Source of the DNA: Candidatus Saccharimonadota bacterium
GTDB lineage: Bacteria > Patescibacteriota > Saccharimonadia > Saccharimonadales > DTSZ01
Direction: 5' to 3'
DNA: 64,000 nucleotides
NCBI GenBank assembly: GCA_012965045.1
Contig: DTSZ01000001.1
Span: 348,937 to 412,936, forward strand
The translations under genes and the position numbers were made by a program. This document shows positions 45,254-53,907 of the stretch, piece after piece; position 1 is the first letter of the stretch, and every line of letters starts with the position of its first letter. A model generated the notes under the pieces. That model had not been told where the DNA came from. It saw nothing but the letters and a program-made list of their open reading frames with translations, and did no database searches.

Positions 45254-45673
45254 TTAGCTTAAATTCTTAACAACTGCCGAATAATTGTAGTTATCTTTCG
45301 TTGTTGCAAATAACTCCCCTACTTGGTCAACGAGGTTTATTAAATCTTCTGCGTCAGAAAGCTCAACAGTTTTTTTAGCCTGACCAGCAGCCTTGGTGGC
45401 TCTCCATATTAAATCGTGGAGTTCTGGGTGAGCCTCGGCGTGTTCTGGCTTAAAGTAATCGGTCCATAGCACCCACAGGTGGCGCTTCACTTCTTCTGCC
45501 CGCTCTTCTTTAATGGCAATTGCCCGGGCCCTAAACACCTCATCGTCACTGTCGTGATACTTTTTAACAGCATTTAAAACCGATTGAGCTTCTATGCGAG
45601 CTTGTGCTGGGTCATAGACACCGCACATTAAGTCGCAGTGTGCATGAGCCGGTTTAATAAATTTTATACGCAT
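45254..45673 (-). CDS. sodN: nickel-containing superoxide dismutase precursor
   Basis: 139 aa. Propeptide MRIKFIKPAHA, then HCDLMCGVYDPAQARIEAQSV, collinear with Streptomyces SodN (HCDLPCGVYDPAQARIEAESV), plus WTDYFKPEH. Confidence 0.92.
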   Translation of the reverse strand: MRIKFIKPAHAHCDLMCGVYDPAQARIEAQSVLNAVKKYHDSDDEVFRARAIAIKEERAEEVKRHLWVLWTDYFKPEHAEAHPELHDLIWRATKAAGQAKKTVELSDAEDLINLVDQVGELFATTKDNYNYSAVVKNLS

Positions 45674-45769
45674 AAATGTTCTCCTCGCTTAATGTCGCCT
45701 ATACCTAATAGTATAGCTTGGTTTGTATACATGCAGTAAAACCTTCATGAACGAACAGATGATAGCAGC

Positions 45770-46603
45770 CTAAAGCAATTCGACATCAGTAAGTGACAAC
45801 GCAGCAACAAGACTTCTTCCCACATCTCTGTCTTGAACACCCGTCCTATTAAGCTTTGCGATAGTTTCTTGGGCTCTCAACTCTCGAAGAACACCAACAA
45901 TAGTGCCAATGTTGTAATCACCGGACAGCACCTGTCTTGGTGGTATACTATTAAATACCATAAAGCGAGCAGTTAAAGATTGAGCAATGCCTGAAACCAA
46001 TCTTTCTCTGCCATAAAACGCCCCATAATCGTTGTTATTAAGTCGAATTGTATCTAGTAGACCGGCTGATTCTTGAGGGACATCTTCACGACGTGCAAAT
46101 TCCTTAACTGCAAGATCCCACAAACCCCGCGAGTATGATTTTAGTCCAGTCACACTCGGCGGCAACACTCTTCGGGCAATACTCGCACTGGCAATGCCGA
46201 CAATTGCAGCTTGACTGCACAATTCTAATGACTCTCGGTCCAATGGCTCGACAAGCCCAATCAGTTGTTCGCTGAGAGCTTTTGCGTCTTCGGTGTACGT
46301 TGTAGGTCTTTTTAAATCATCTTTGGTTTCTAAGACTGCAGCTTTTAATTGGAATTTCGGTGGTTGATAAATATCATCCACTAAAAGCTCGTGTTGTATC
46401 CCTTCAAAGGGGCGGCCTAGTTGATCAAATAAACCATCTAATATCCTGTCGTAGCGAACTCCACGCATAGCTTCTGGATCTGGCAAGAGGTTGTCTACAA
46501 GTTCCGTTACCCCAGGCTCTTTTTTTAACCTTCGGTTACGATATTCATTTATATCGGTTACGGTAGCTTCAGCACTCATACTAATACCGTACAACTTTTG
46601 CAT
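45770..46603 (-). CDS. hypothetical protein (277 aa)
   Basis: Long ORF directly downstream of trmD. No motif recognised. Confidence 0.6.
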   Translation of the reverse strand: MQKLYGISMSAEATVTDINEYRNRRLKKEPGVTELVDNLLPDPEAMRGVRYDRILDGLFDQLGRPFEGIQHELLVDDIYQPPKFQLKAAVLETKDDLKRPTTYTEDAKALSEQLIGLVEPLDRESLELCSQAAIVGIASASIARRVLPPSVTGLKSYSRGLWDLAVKEFARREDVPQESAGLLDTIRLNNNDYGAFYGRERLVSGIAQSLTARFMVFNSIPPRQVLSGDYNIGTIVGVLRELRAQETIAKLNRTGVQDRDVGRSLVAALSLTDVELL

Positions 46604-46609
46604 TATATG

Positions 46610-47251
46610 TCAACCTTTTTGGTTATCAACTCTCCATTTTTCTACCGCCGCGTGATTTCCGCTTTTAAGTATCTCTGGCACTGTAAGCCCTCTAAATTCA
46701 TCTGGTCGGGTGTATTGTGGATACTCAAGATTGTCCCCATGGCTGAAAGATTCTATCTCAGCACTTGCTTCTCCTCCTAAGACCCCAGGAATTAGCCTGA
46801 CTGCTGCATCTATAACCGACATAGCCGGCAGCTCGCCGCCAGTAAGCACGTAATTACCGATGCAGATAGATCCATCCACGAATTCCCTAATGCGCTCGTC
46901 AAAACCTTCGTAACGCCCACAAACTAAAATAAGTTCAGCTTCACGAGAGAGCTCTTGAGCAAATTTTTGGTTAAACGTTCTGCCGCGCGGCGACATTAAG
47001 TATGCTTTTGCTTTTGGCAGCTTTTCTTTAGCGTACTCAATTGCGGCTACTACTGGCTCTGGTTTAAGAAGCATGCCGTCACCACCGCCATAGACTGTAT
47101 CGTCGACTTGTTTACGCGGGCCAAGCCCAAAGTCACGCAAATTAACAACTTCAAGCTCTAAATGACCATTTTTTTTGGCTTTAAGCATCATAGAGTGTTC
47201 AAAATAGCTTTCGAACATTTCAGGGAATAGGCTGATTGTAAATATTTTCAT
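46610..47251 (-). CDS. trmD: tRNA (guanine37-N1)-methyltransferase
   Basis: I prefer the ATG at 47251 (MKIFTISLFPEMFESYF), giving 213 aa. The track N-terminus (50 extra aa) is Cys/His/Arg-rich read-through. YVLTGGELPAMSVIDAAVRLIPGVLG is the TrmD SAM-binding knot region. Confidence 0.92.
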   Translation of the reverse strand: MKIFTISLFPEMFESYFEHSMMLKAKKNGHLELEVVNLRDFGLGPRKQVDDTVYGGGDGMLLKPEPVVAAIEYAKEKLPKAKAYLMSPRGRTFNQKFAQELSREAELILVCGRYEGFDERIREFVDGSICIGNYVLTGGELPAMSVIDAAVRLIPGVLGGEASAEIESFSHGDNLEYPQYTRPDEFRGLTVPEILKSGNHAAVEKWRVDNQKG

Positions 47252-47280
47252 ATCTGGGGTAATTATACGTAAATAGTGAT

Positions 47281-47315
47281 AAATTAAAACACCATCGCAA
47301 GCGGCGCGATGGTGT
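47281..47315 (-). terminator. rho-independent terminator after the rpsP-KH genes
   Basis: 10-bp stem ACACCATCGC/GCGATGGTGT (47289-47298 / 47306-47315) with a 7-nt loop. On the minus strand it is followed by TTTTAATTT (rc of 47281-47289). Confidence 0.6.
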
Positions 47316-47430
47316 TTACACATAAACCTCTCTCGTGTTTTGGTTTGAATGTGTTTATTTTTGAGTCCTGATTGTTTTAAACAAAAACGGCTACATACCA
47401 AGCGCTGTTTTCGTTTTCAGGTTATGTTAA

Positions 47431-47955
47431 TTATAGGCCGATATCATCGAGATCAGCAAGATCTTTTTTGTGCTTTTCAACGGTGTCATCTTCTGCTTCT
47501 GTGGATGACTCTTCTGGCTCATCTGTTGTGTTGTCCACATCCTCATCATCAGAATCGTCATTAGATGAACTTAAGTGAGCCCATTGGCTAGCGGATTCAC
47601 TTGGTTCAGGAGTCGGAACTGCTGCCGCTGCTGGTTCTGCAGTCGTTGTTTCTTCCGTCTTTTTGTCTTCGTCTTTTCTATCATTTCGCTCGGCACGGCG
47701 GGCGTCGCCCTCTGGATCAACAATTTTTAAATTGTAGCGAGCGTCATTTTTTGTGCCCAAAGCACGTAAAAGTGTACGAATACTTTGTGCCGTATTGCCG
47801 CGTTTACCTATAACTCGGCCAAGATCTTCTTGAGCCACACTAAGCTCTAAAAGCACACCCTTTTCATCAATTGTTCGGTTAATACTTACTGAATCTGGAT
47901 CGCTTACTAACGCCTTTACAACGAATTCAACGAACTGCTGGTCTATTGTCGCCAT
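47431..47955 (-). CDS. KH-domain RNA-binding protein (YlqC/UPF0109-like) with a long acidic C-terminal tail
   Basis: 174 aa. FVEFVVKALVSDPDSVSI and LGRVIGKRGNTAQSIRTLL (GxxG loop). Located after rpsP, as in many bacteria. Confidence 0.85.
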   Translation of the reverse strand: MATIDQQFVEFVVKALVSDPDSVSINRTIDEKGVLLELSVAQEDLGRVIGKRGNTAQSIRTLLRALGTKNDARYNLKIVDPEGDARRAERNDRKDEDKKTEETTTAEPAAAAVPTPEPSESASQWAHLSSSNDDSDDEDVDNTTDEPEESSTEAEDDTVEKHKKDLADLDDIGL

Positions 47956-48023
47956 GGACAGTCTCCTCCCAAGTTGTTAATGACTAAATTGTATACGAAA
48001 GAATTAGTTTAGTAAAAAACAGA

Positions 48024-48434
48024 CTATTCTGCTTTTTCTTCGTCTTCAGGCTTGCTTTCTTTGGTTTCTGCAGGTTCTTCCGCTTTTGATTCTTCTTGAG
48101 CTGGCGCTTCCTCTGGTGTTGCTGCTTCTTCTGCCGCCTCTGACTCTTCAGTCTCAACTTTTTTTGGCTCTTTAGTTTCAATAACTACCCAGTCAGGCAG
48201 TTTGATGCCTTCTTTTTTAAGTAAAATTGCAACTCGGTTTGAAGGCTGCGCGCCGTTACCTAGGTACTTCTCAATTTCGTCTTTTTTAAATTGTGCTTTC
48301 TTTGTATGTGGGTCGTAACTACCAAGATACGCTGCTACTTTGCCGCTAGTTGGCTGCAAGCTGTGTTCTTGTGCAATTAATCTGTATTGTGCAAGTTTTT
48401 TTCTACCTACACGCTGTAAGCGTAGTGCTAACAT
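48024..48434 (-). CDS. rpsP: 30S ribosomal protein S16 with an acidic C-terminal extension
   Basis: 136 aa with MLALRLQRVGRKKLAQYRLIA...YLGSYDP, then a Glu/Ala/Lys-rich tail. Confidence 0.93.
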   Translation of the reverse strand: MLALRLQRVGRKKLAQYRLIAQEHSLQPTSGKVAAYLGSYDPHTKKAQFKKDEIEKYLGNGAQPSNRVAILLKKEGIKLPDWVVIETKEPKKVETEESEAAEEAATPEEAPAQEESKAEEPAETKESKPEDEEKAE

Positions 48435-48507
48435 GGATCTCCTAAATAGCCTTTATTTTATAAGTGATTATGACTCGTGCTACATTAACAGATGAACAAC
48501 AGGGGTG

Positions 48508-49206
48508 TCAAGCGCCATAATGATCAAGCGCTTTTTCGGCTGCAGCTTGTTGAGCCGTCTGTTTTGACGGGCCGTCACCCTGTCCGCGCAAATCATCGCC
48601 AACGTACACGCCGACAGTGAATACCTTGTCATGATCAGGGCCTTTTTCGCTTAAAACTTTGTAGGTTGGTGTGTGGCCTTCTTTGGCTTGCGAAAGCTCT
48701 TGTAAACGTGACTTGGCGTCCTGCCACGAGCCAGTTTTTAAAATGCCATCAAGCGTTACTAGCACAGTCTTTTCAATAAATTGCTGAGCGGCATCGTAGC
48801 CCTGATCACAATAAATAGCCCCAACTATCGCTTCGTAAGCATTCGCCAGCATCTGTTGACGAGCGCGAGCGCTGGCGCTTTTTTCACCGCGGCTCATGCG
48901 CATCATTTCAAAAAAACCAAGCTTTTCAGCGGCATCACCAATGCTTTCGGTGCGAACAAGCGCACTACGCCAATTGGTCATAATGCCCTCGGCTTCGTCA
49001 TAGTGACTATATAAAAATTCAGTAGTAACCAGCTCTAAAACTGCGTCACCTAAAAACTCTAGTCGTTCGTTGTGTTCAATTCCTTTACTGCGTCGGGCTT
49101 CATTAACCCACGACCGATGCGTAAGCGCCGTTTGCAGTAAACCAATATCTTTAAATACTACCCCAAGAGTATGTTTTGCAAAACCAACGTAATCTTTTTG
49201 ACTCAT
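48508..49206 (-). CDS. rnc: ribonuclease III
   Basis: 232 aa with the RNase III signature ERLEFLGDAVLE and a C-terminal dsRBD (GPDHDKVFTVGV...GDGPSKQTAQQAAAEKAL). Confidence 0.93.
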   Translation of the reverse strand: MSQKDYVGFAKHTLGVVFKDIGLLQTALTHRSWVNEARRSKGIEHNERLEFLGDAVLELVTTEFLYSHYDEAEGIMTNWRSALVRTESIGDAAEKLGFFEMMRMSRGEKSASARARQQMLANAYEAIVGAIYCDQGYDAAQQFIEKTVLVTLDGILKTGSWQDAKSRLQELSQAKEGHTPTYKVLSEKGPDHDKVFTVGVYVGDDLRGQGDGPSKQTAQQAAAEKALDHYGA

Positions 49207-49260
49207 ATTAAATTCCTAAAATTTAATAGAGTACTGAGTGCAGAGTTCAGAGTGCGGGTT

Positions 49261-49668
49261 TTAATCATTATACTTTCCTTGTTTAGTAGACTTAATGAGC
49301 CCGCCAAGTAATCTCCGGACTTCATAAGACATTTTCTTTAATGTAGCGTATTCCGCTTCTTTAAGATAGCCCAGGTCCTTGGCCAATAGGAGTTGATTCT
49401 GAACCTCAATTAGAGAGCCCTGAGCAATAATGTAAAAATGTAGACGGTCCGGACTAGTTGATCGGCCAAAACCTTCAGCTATATTTGATGTAATCGAGAC
49501 CAGCGCTCTTCTAGTCTGGCTAGTTAGCCCAAAATTCTCTTTCGACGGATACGCGTCGATTTGTTTGTATGCCGCTAAAATAAAAGTGTGGGATTTTTGC
49601 CATGCTACCAGATCTATAAAATCAGAGATTTTCTGTGCTCTATTCTCCATACACTTTACTCTGCTCAA
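49261..49668 (-). CDS. four-helix-bundle protein (23S rRNA intervening-sequence protein family, TIGR02436-like)
   Basis: 135 aa with LTSQTRRALVSITSNIAEGFGR and IAQGSLIEVQNQLLLA, typical of this family. The start may be the ATG at 49650 (MENRAQ). Confidence 0.85.
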   Translation of the reverse strand: MSRVKCMENRAQKISDFIDLVAWQKSHTFILAAYKQIDAYPSKENFGLTSQTRRALVSITSNIAEGFGRSTSPDRLHFYIIAQGSLIEVQNQLLLAKDLGYLKEAEYATLKKMSYEVRRLLGGLIKSTKQGKYND

Positions 49669-49677
49669 ATAGTAGGA

Positions 49678-50280
49678 CTATTTGAGCTGCCCGCTTCGTA
49701 TTCGTTTCATGGCAAGCAAGACTAACTTACCAATATCGTCGTATTCAATAATGTCAAAAGCCTCGGTTGCAGGAAACCATTTAATGTCATTCATCCAAGA
49801 TTCTTTACGGAGTTTGTTGGTATCGCCCAATGCTTCTACTAAATACACGTGCATAGTTATAAGTACTAGACTGTCTTGTCGGCGATAGCGAAAATTAACT
49901 TTGCCAAGGTGAGCATGCACATTCATTTTTTGGAGCCCAGTTTCTTCCATAATTTCACGCTCAGCAGTTTCGTCTGGTTTTTCACCTTCTTCAATATGAC
50001 CTTTAGGTATTGTCCAACGGTCTTTAGCGTCTTGAATTAAAAGAATTTCTATACCGCCTCTGTTATTGCGACGATAAATAATCCCACCTGCCGTTAACTC
50101 ACGAACAACTTCTTGAATGCCGCCACGCCGAAAAAGCTTTTCTGCACCGCGTTTTATTGGGTTCATCGGGTTTGGGCGGTGTCTTTTTTGGTCTGCTGGT
50201 GGAGTTTTTGGTTTACTAGACTGGTTATTAGCAGGGCGATTTTTCTGGTTGTGGTCTTTATTCTTGTTATTCTTTGCCAT
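49678..50280 (-). CDS. NUDIX hydrolase with a basic N-terminal extension
   Basis: 200 aa with Nudix box GHIEEGEKPDETAEREIMEETGL. It overlaps the nusB end by 14 nt. Confidence 0.8.
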   Translation of the reverse strand: MAKNNKNKDHNQKNRPANNQSSKPKTPPADQKRHRPNPMNPIKRGAEKLFRRGGIQEVVRELTAGGIIYRRNNRGGIEILLIQDAKDRWTIPKGHIEEGEKPDETAEREIMEETGLQKMNVHAHLGKVNFRYRRQDSLVLITMHVYLVEALGDTNKLRKESWMNDIKWFPATEAFDIIEYDDIGKLVLLAMKRIRSGQLK

Positions 50281-50707
50281 CTTTTTCCTCTAGATTCTTT
50301 AGAGCAGTACCCAGCACACCGTTTATAAACTTACTGGAGTTATCGCCACCGAAGGCTTTCGCCAGTTCGACAGCTTCGTTAATAATAACCTTAGAAGGCG
50401 TTCCGTCACCTTGATTTAATTCAAATAACGCAACACGTAAGATAATTTTATCAATTCGAGCAATTTGGTCTACAGGCCAGTCAGGAGCAATAGGAGCAAT
50501 AATTTCATCAAGCTCGGCGGCTTTTTTACTAACACCAAGTACTAGCTTCTCTACGAAATCAGTATCATCGATTTGCTGCTTAAACTGATCAATGTTGCGT
50601 TTATATACAACCATCAAATCAAGACCAGAATCTTCACCGCCACGAAAATCGTATTCGTACAGTGTTTGTAGTGCAACTATTCTACCAAGGTGTCTATTAC
50701 TGGCCAC
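50267..50707 (-). CDS. nusB: transcription antitermination factor NusB
   Basis: 146 aa with GRIVALQTLYEYDF and AILRVALFEL-like ILRVALFELN. Confidence 0.88.
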   Translation of the reverse strand: MASNRHLGRIVALQTLYEYDFRGGEDSGLDLMVVYKRNIDQFKQQIDDTDFVEKLVLGVSKKAAELDEIIAPIAPDWPVDQIARIDKIILRVALFELNQGDGTPSKVIINEAVELAKAFGGDNSSKFINGVLGTALKNLEEKDGKE

Positions 50708-50727
50708 AAAGGCTCCTAATTGTTAAA

Positions 50728-50880
50728 TTACTTGTTTTTCTTGCCAAATTCTTTTTTGGTTGTAAAAGCCTTAACAGGGCTGGTTTTATTAACTCGTCGA
50801 GCTAAATCTAAAACTCTGTGACTTCTACGGTTGCCGGTTCTTCGCGGTGTTACGCGCTTTTTTGGTGTTCCACCAATCAT
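50728..50880 (-). CDS. rpmF: 50S ribosomal protein L32
   Basis: Below the track cutoff (50 aa): MIGGTPKKRVTPRRTGNRRSHRVLDLARRVNKTSPVKAFTTKKEFGKKNK. The PKKR-x-x-x-RR-x-x-RRSH pattern is the L32 N-terminal signature. Confidence 0.8.
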   Translation of the reverse strand: MIGGTPKKRVTPRRTGNRRSHRVLDLARRVNKTSPVKAFTTKKEFGKKNK

Positions 50881-50919
50881 AAACAAACACTCTCTTATCT
50901 ATTACTTAACTTCTATGGC

Positions 50920-50948
50920 ATTATAGAGTATCATCTGATCCATATCAA
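50920..50948 (-). promoter_or_regulatory. sigma70-type promoter for the rpmF-nusB operon
   Basis: On the minus strand, TTGATA (rc of 50943-50948), a 17-nt spacer, then TATAAT (rc of 50920-50925), about 40 nt upstream of the rpmF ATG. Confidence 0.55.
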
Positions 50949-50957
50949 TACTAGGTA

Positions 50958-50986
50958 TTGACTTTTTTAATATTATATTGTAATAT
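50958..50986 (+). promoter_or_regulatory. sigma70-type promoter for the divergent 51016 gene
   Basis: TTGACT (50958-50963), a 17-nt spacer, then TAATAT (50981-50986), 30 nt upstream of the ATG at 51016. Confidence 0.4.
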
Positions 50987-51015
50987 TGTTTCATTAATCA
51001 TAAGGATTATTACAC

Positions 51016-51354
51016 ATGGCAAATAACGAAATACCATACGAATCTAGAACATTACGCGAAAGACTAAAAAGTCGTACCGCTAAGGTTATTGCCGTAGTAG
51101 GTATCGCTGCTACATCATTTATGGCAGGTAATGCAATGGGTCGTGACGCTGGATACAGCACCGGTCACGAAGCTGGCCGTCAAGAAGTCTACCAACAACT
51201 GCTACCACATATGCCGGCTGTACAATCTGAAGCTCCAGCTAGCGCTGAAGGCACCGCCCTCAGCCCCGAAGAAAACGACAACGATGTTATGTCTCATGAA
51301 CACGAAATACGTACAGGTTGGGAAGCCTCTGGTGTTGAATTCCCGGACTATTAA
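51016..51354 (+). CDS. hypothetical membrane-anchored protein (112 aa)
   Basis: One TM segment (VIAVVGIAATSFMAGNAMG). No motif recognised. The stop overlaps the convergent leuS end. Confidence 0.5.
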   Translation: MANNEIPYESRTLRERLKSRTAKVIAVVGIAATSFMAGNAMGRDAGYSTGHEAGRQEVYQQLLPHMPAVQSEAPASAEGTALSPEENDNDVMSHEHEIRTGWEASGVEFPDY

Positions 51355-53873
51355 CCCTCTACCACAAAGTTAACAAGCCGCCCCGGAACAGTAATAGTTT
51401 TCTTCAACTCGCCGGATTCCAAATATTCGGCGATTTTTGTATCTTCTTTTGCAGCTTGAACCATTTCTTCCTCGGTTGCTTCAGCCGACATCGTAATATT
51501 TGCCCGTACTTTACCGTTTATTTGCACGACTACAGTAATAAGCTCTTCTTTAACTAATTCATCGTCCCATTCTGGCCACCCGCCGATATGTATCGATTCA
51601 GTGTTGTGACCAAACGACTGCCACAACTCTTCTGTCATGTGCGGGGCAAATGGTGCAAGTAGTCGTAGAGTGCTTTCAATGGCGTGCATCCACGTACGTG
51701 GGGCATGTCCAAACGGCAATTCTTTTTGTAATTCTCTTAGCTCATTACTTAGCTTCATTTGTGCTGCAATTGCAGTGTTAAAACTAAGATTCTTAAGGTC
51801 TTCTGTAACTTTTTTAATAGCCCGGTGAGTACTGCTTGCAACTGCGGTTTCTAGATCAGAAACATCTTTGCCTGGGTCAGCCGGCCTAGCTTCCATAAAT
51901 TCTTGAACAAAATCCCACACACGGTTTAAAAACCTATATGTTCCCGGTACCCCGTTTGGGTTCCACACAGCATCTTGGTCATATGGACCAATAAAAAGCA
52001 TGTAAGTTCGTAGCGCGTCAGCGCCGTAGCCGCTATCAATAACTTCCAGCGGGTCAACCACGTTACCTAAACTTTTACTCATTTTGCGACCGTCAGCCGC
52101 ATTTATGTAGCCGTTGTATACAAGTTTTTTAACTGGTTCGCGAGTTTGTGAGTCTATATAGCCTTTGTCCGCAAAAAATTTATTCCAAAATCTAAAATAC
52201 AGTAAATGACTAACCGCGTGATCACCGCCAAAGTAAAAATCTACTGGGAACCAATAGTCAGCTGCTTCTTTTGAAAATGCAGCCGTAGTGTTTTTTGAAT
52301 CTGTATAGCGGTACATATACCAACTACTACAGGCGTAGCCATCCATTGTGTCTGTTTCCCGTTTCGCTGGCTTGTTACATGTAGGGCACTCGACGTTTAC
52401 CCAGTCCTCGACACTAGCAAGCGCAGTTTGACCGTCGTCGGTCGGTTGATAACTTTCAACCTCGGGCAGTACAACTGGTAAATCCTGTTCTGGCACGGCA
52501 ACAGGGCCGCAAGCATCACAATGAATAATTGGGATCGGCGCGCCCCAGTAGCGCTGGCGACTAATCAACCAGTCGCGCATTCTGTAATTAACCTTTTCTT
52601 GAGCTTTTTTGTCATCGGCTAATTTGGCGACAATTTTTTCGCGGGCATCCTCGGTCCGCAAACCATCAAACTCACCTGAATTGATAACAACCCCTTCGCC
52701 ACCAAATTTAGACTCTTCTGGGTCAGCCTTTTTATATGTTTCTACAATTTTAAGTTTAAACTTGTCAGCAAATTCATGATCTCGTTCGTCGTGTGCCGGC
52801 ACAGCCATAATTGCGCCGGTTCCGTAGCCCATTAAAACGTAGTCAGCTATCCAAATTGGAATTTTTTCGTTGTTTATCGGGTTAATGGCATAAGCGCCGG
52901 TAAACACACCGGTTTTTTGCTTTTCGTCCTTTTTGCGCTGCAGATCAGTCTTTGATTTGGCTTCATGTACATATTTTTCTACTTCTTGTTTTTGCTCGTT
53001 GGTAGTAATCTTTGAAACTAATTCATGCTCTGGCGCTAACACTAGATAGGTAGCACCGTACAAAGTGTCAGGCCGTGTTGTAAAAACTCGTATTTGGCAG
53101 TTCGTATCGTGCAGTTCGTTGCTCGCAGCGCTCTTTTCCCTATTCTCTGATTTTGCGACAGCAAAATCTATCTCTGCTCCTACGGAGCGGCCTATCCAAT
53201 TCCGCTGGCTTTCTTTAATGCCGTCTGGCCAGTCGAGTTCATCAATATGTTCTAGCAGTTCGTCTGCGTAGTCGGTAATTTTAAAGAACCACTGCTTTGT
53301 GGTGCGTCGCTCTACTTCTGGGTCTTCTGGCTTGTCGTGTCGCCAACACTTGTTGTTTTCTACCTGTTCGTTGGCCAGCACTGTTTTACATTTAGTACAC
53401 CACCATTGCTGGCTTTCGCCTTGATAGGCTAGGCCTTCTTTAAATAATTCCGCAAAAATCCATTGGGTCCATTTGTAGTACTCTGGTTCGGTCGTATTAA
53501 GTTCGCGCGACCAGTCGTAACTCATGCCCAGTCGACTCAACTGTTCTTTGAAGCGGGCGACGTTATCTTTGGTTGCTTGCTGAGGCGATATGCCAGTTTT
53601 TATAGCATAGTTTTCTGTTGGTAAACCAAAGGCATCCCAGCCCATGTTAGTCATTACATTAAAGCCGCGCTGGCGATGAAAGCGCGCCACGGCATCGGCG
53701 ATTGAATAATTAAAACAATGCCCCACATGCAACCCAGCACCACTTGGGTACGGCAGCATAGGTGTGGCGTAAATTTTTGGCTTGTCTGAATCTTCGGTTA
53801 CTTCATACAGCCTAGTGTCGGCCCAGGTTTTCTGCCATTTCGGTTCTATTGTTTTAGGGTTATAGCGTTGCAT
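51351..53873 (-). CDS. leuS: leucine--tRNA ligase
   Basis: 840 aa with the HIGH motif (GLHVGHCFNY), a CP1 editing insertion and KMSKS (GRKMSKSLGN). Confidence 0.97.
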   Translation of the reverse strand: MQRYNPKTIEPKWQKTWADTRLYEVTEDSDKPKIYATPMLPYPSGAGLHVGHCFNYSIADAVARFHRQRGFNVMTNMGWDAFGLPTENYAIKTGISPQQATKDNVARFKEQLSRLGMSYDWSRELNTTEPEYYKWTQWIFAELFKEGLAYQGESQQWWCTKCKTVLANEQVENNKCWRHDKPEDPEVERRTTKQWFFKITDYADELLEHIDELDWPDGIKESQRNWIGRSVGAEIDFAVAKSENREKSAASNELHDTNCQIRVFTTRPDTLYGATYLVLAPEHELVSKITTNEQKQEVEKYVHEAKSKTDLQRKKDEKQKTGVFTGAYAINPINNEKIPIWIADYVLMGYGTGAIMAVPAHDERDHEFADKFKLKIVETYKKADPEESKFGGEGVVINSGEFDGLRTEDAREKIVAKLADDKKAQEKVNYRMRDWLISRQRYWGAPIPIIHCDACGPVAVPEQDLPVVLPEVESYQPTDDGQTALASVEDWVNVECPTCNKPAKRETDTMDGYACSSWYMYRYTDSKNTTAAFSKEAADYWFPVDFYFGGDHAVSHLLYFRFWNKFFADKGYIDSQTREPVKKLVYNGYINAADGRKMSKSLGNVVDPLEVIDSGYGADALRTYMLFIGPYDQDAVWNPNGVPGTYRFLNRVWDFVQEFMEARPADPGKDVSDLETAVASSTHRAIKKVTEDLKNLSFNTAIAAQMKLSNELRELQKELPFGHAPRTWMHAIESTLRLLAPFAPHMTEELWQSFGHNTESIHIGGWPEWDDELVKEELITVVVQINGKVRANITMSAEATEEEMVQAAKEDTKIAEYLESGELKKTITVPGRLVNFVVEG

Positions 53874-53907
53874 ACCAAAACAGTATACCGCCCATCTGTT
53901 GCAATGA

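Noticed and set aside
47984-48181. The 65-aa Lys-rich ORF overlapping the rpsP 3' end
   Set aside because: It is an alternative frame of the Glu/Ala/Lys-rich S16 tail. Its poly-K/Q composition is a frame artefact.
49261-49668. The four-helix-bundle (Avd-like) protein as a marker of a diversity-generating retroelement
   Set aside because: No reverse transcriptase and no template/variable repeat pair are visible nearby. Members of this family also occur alone.
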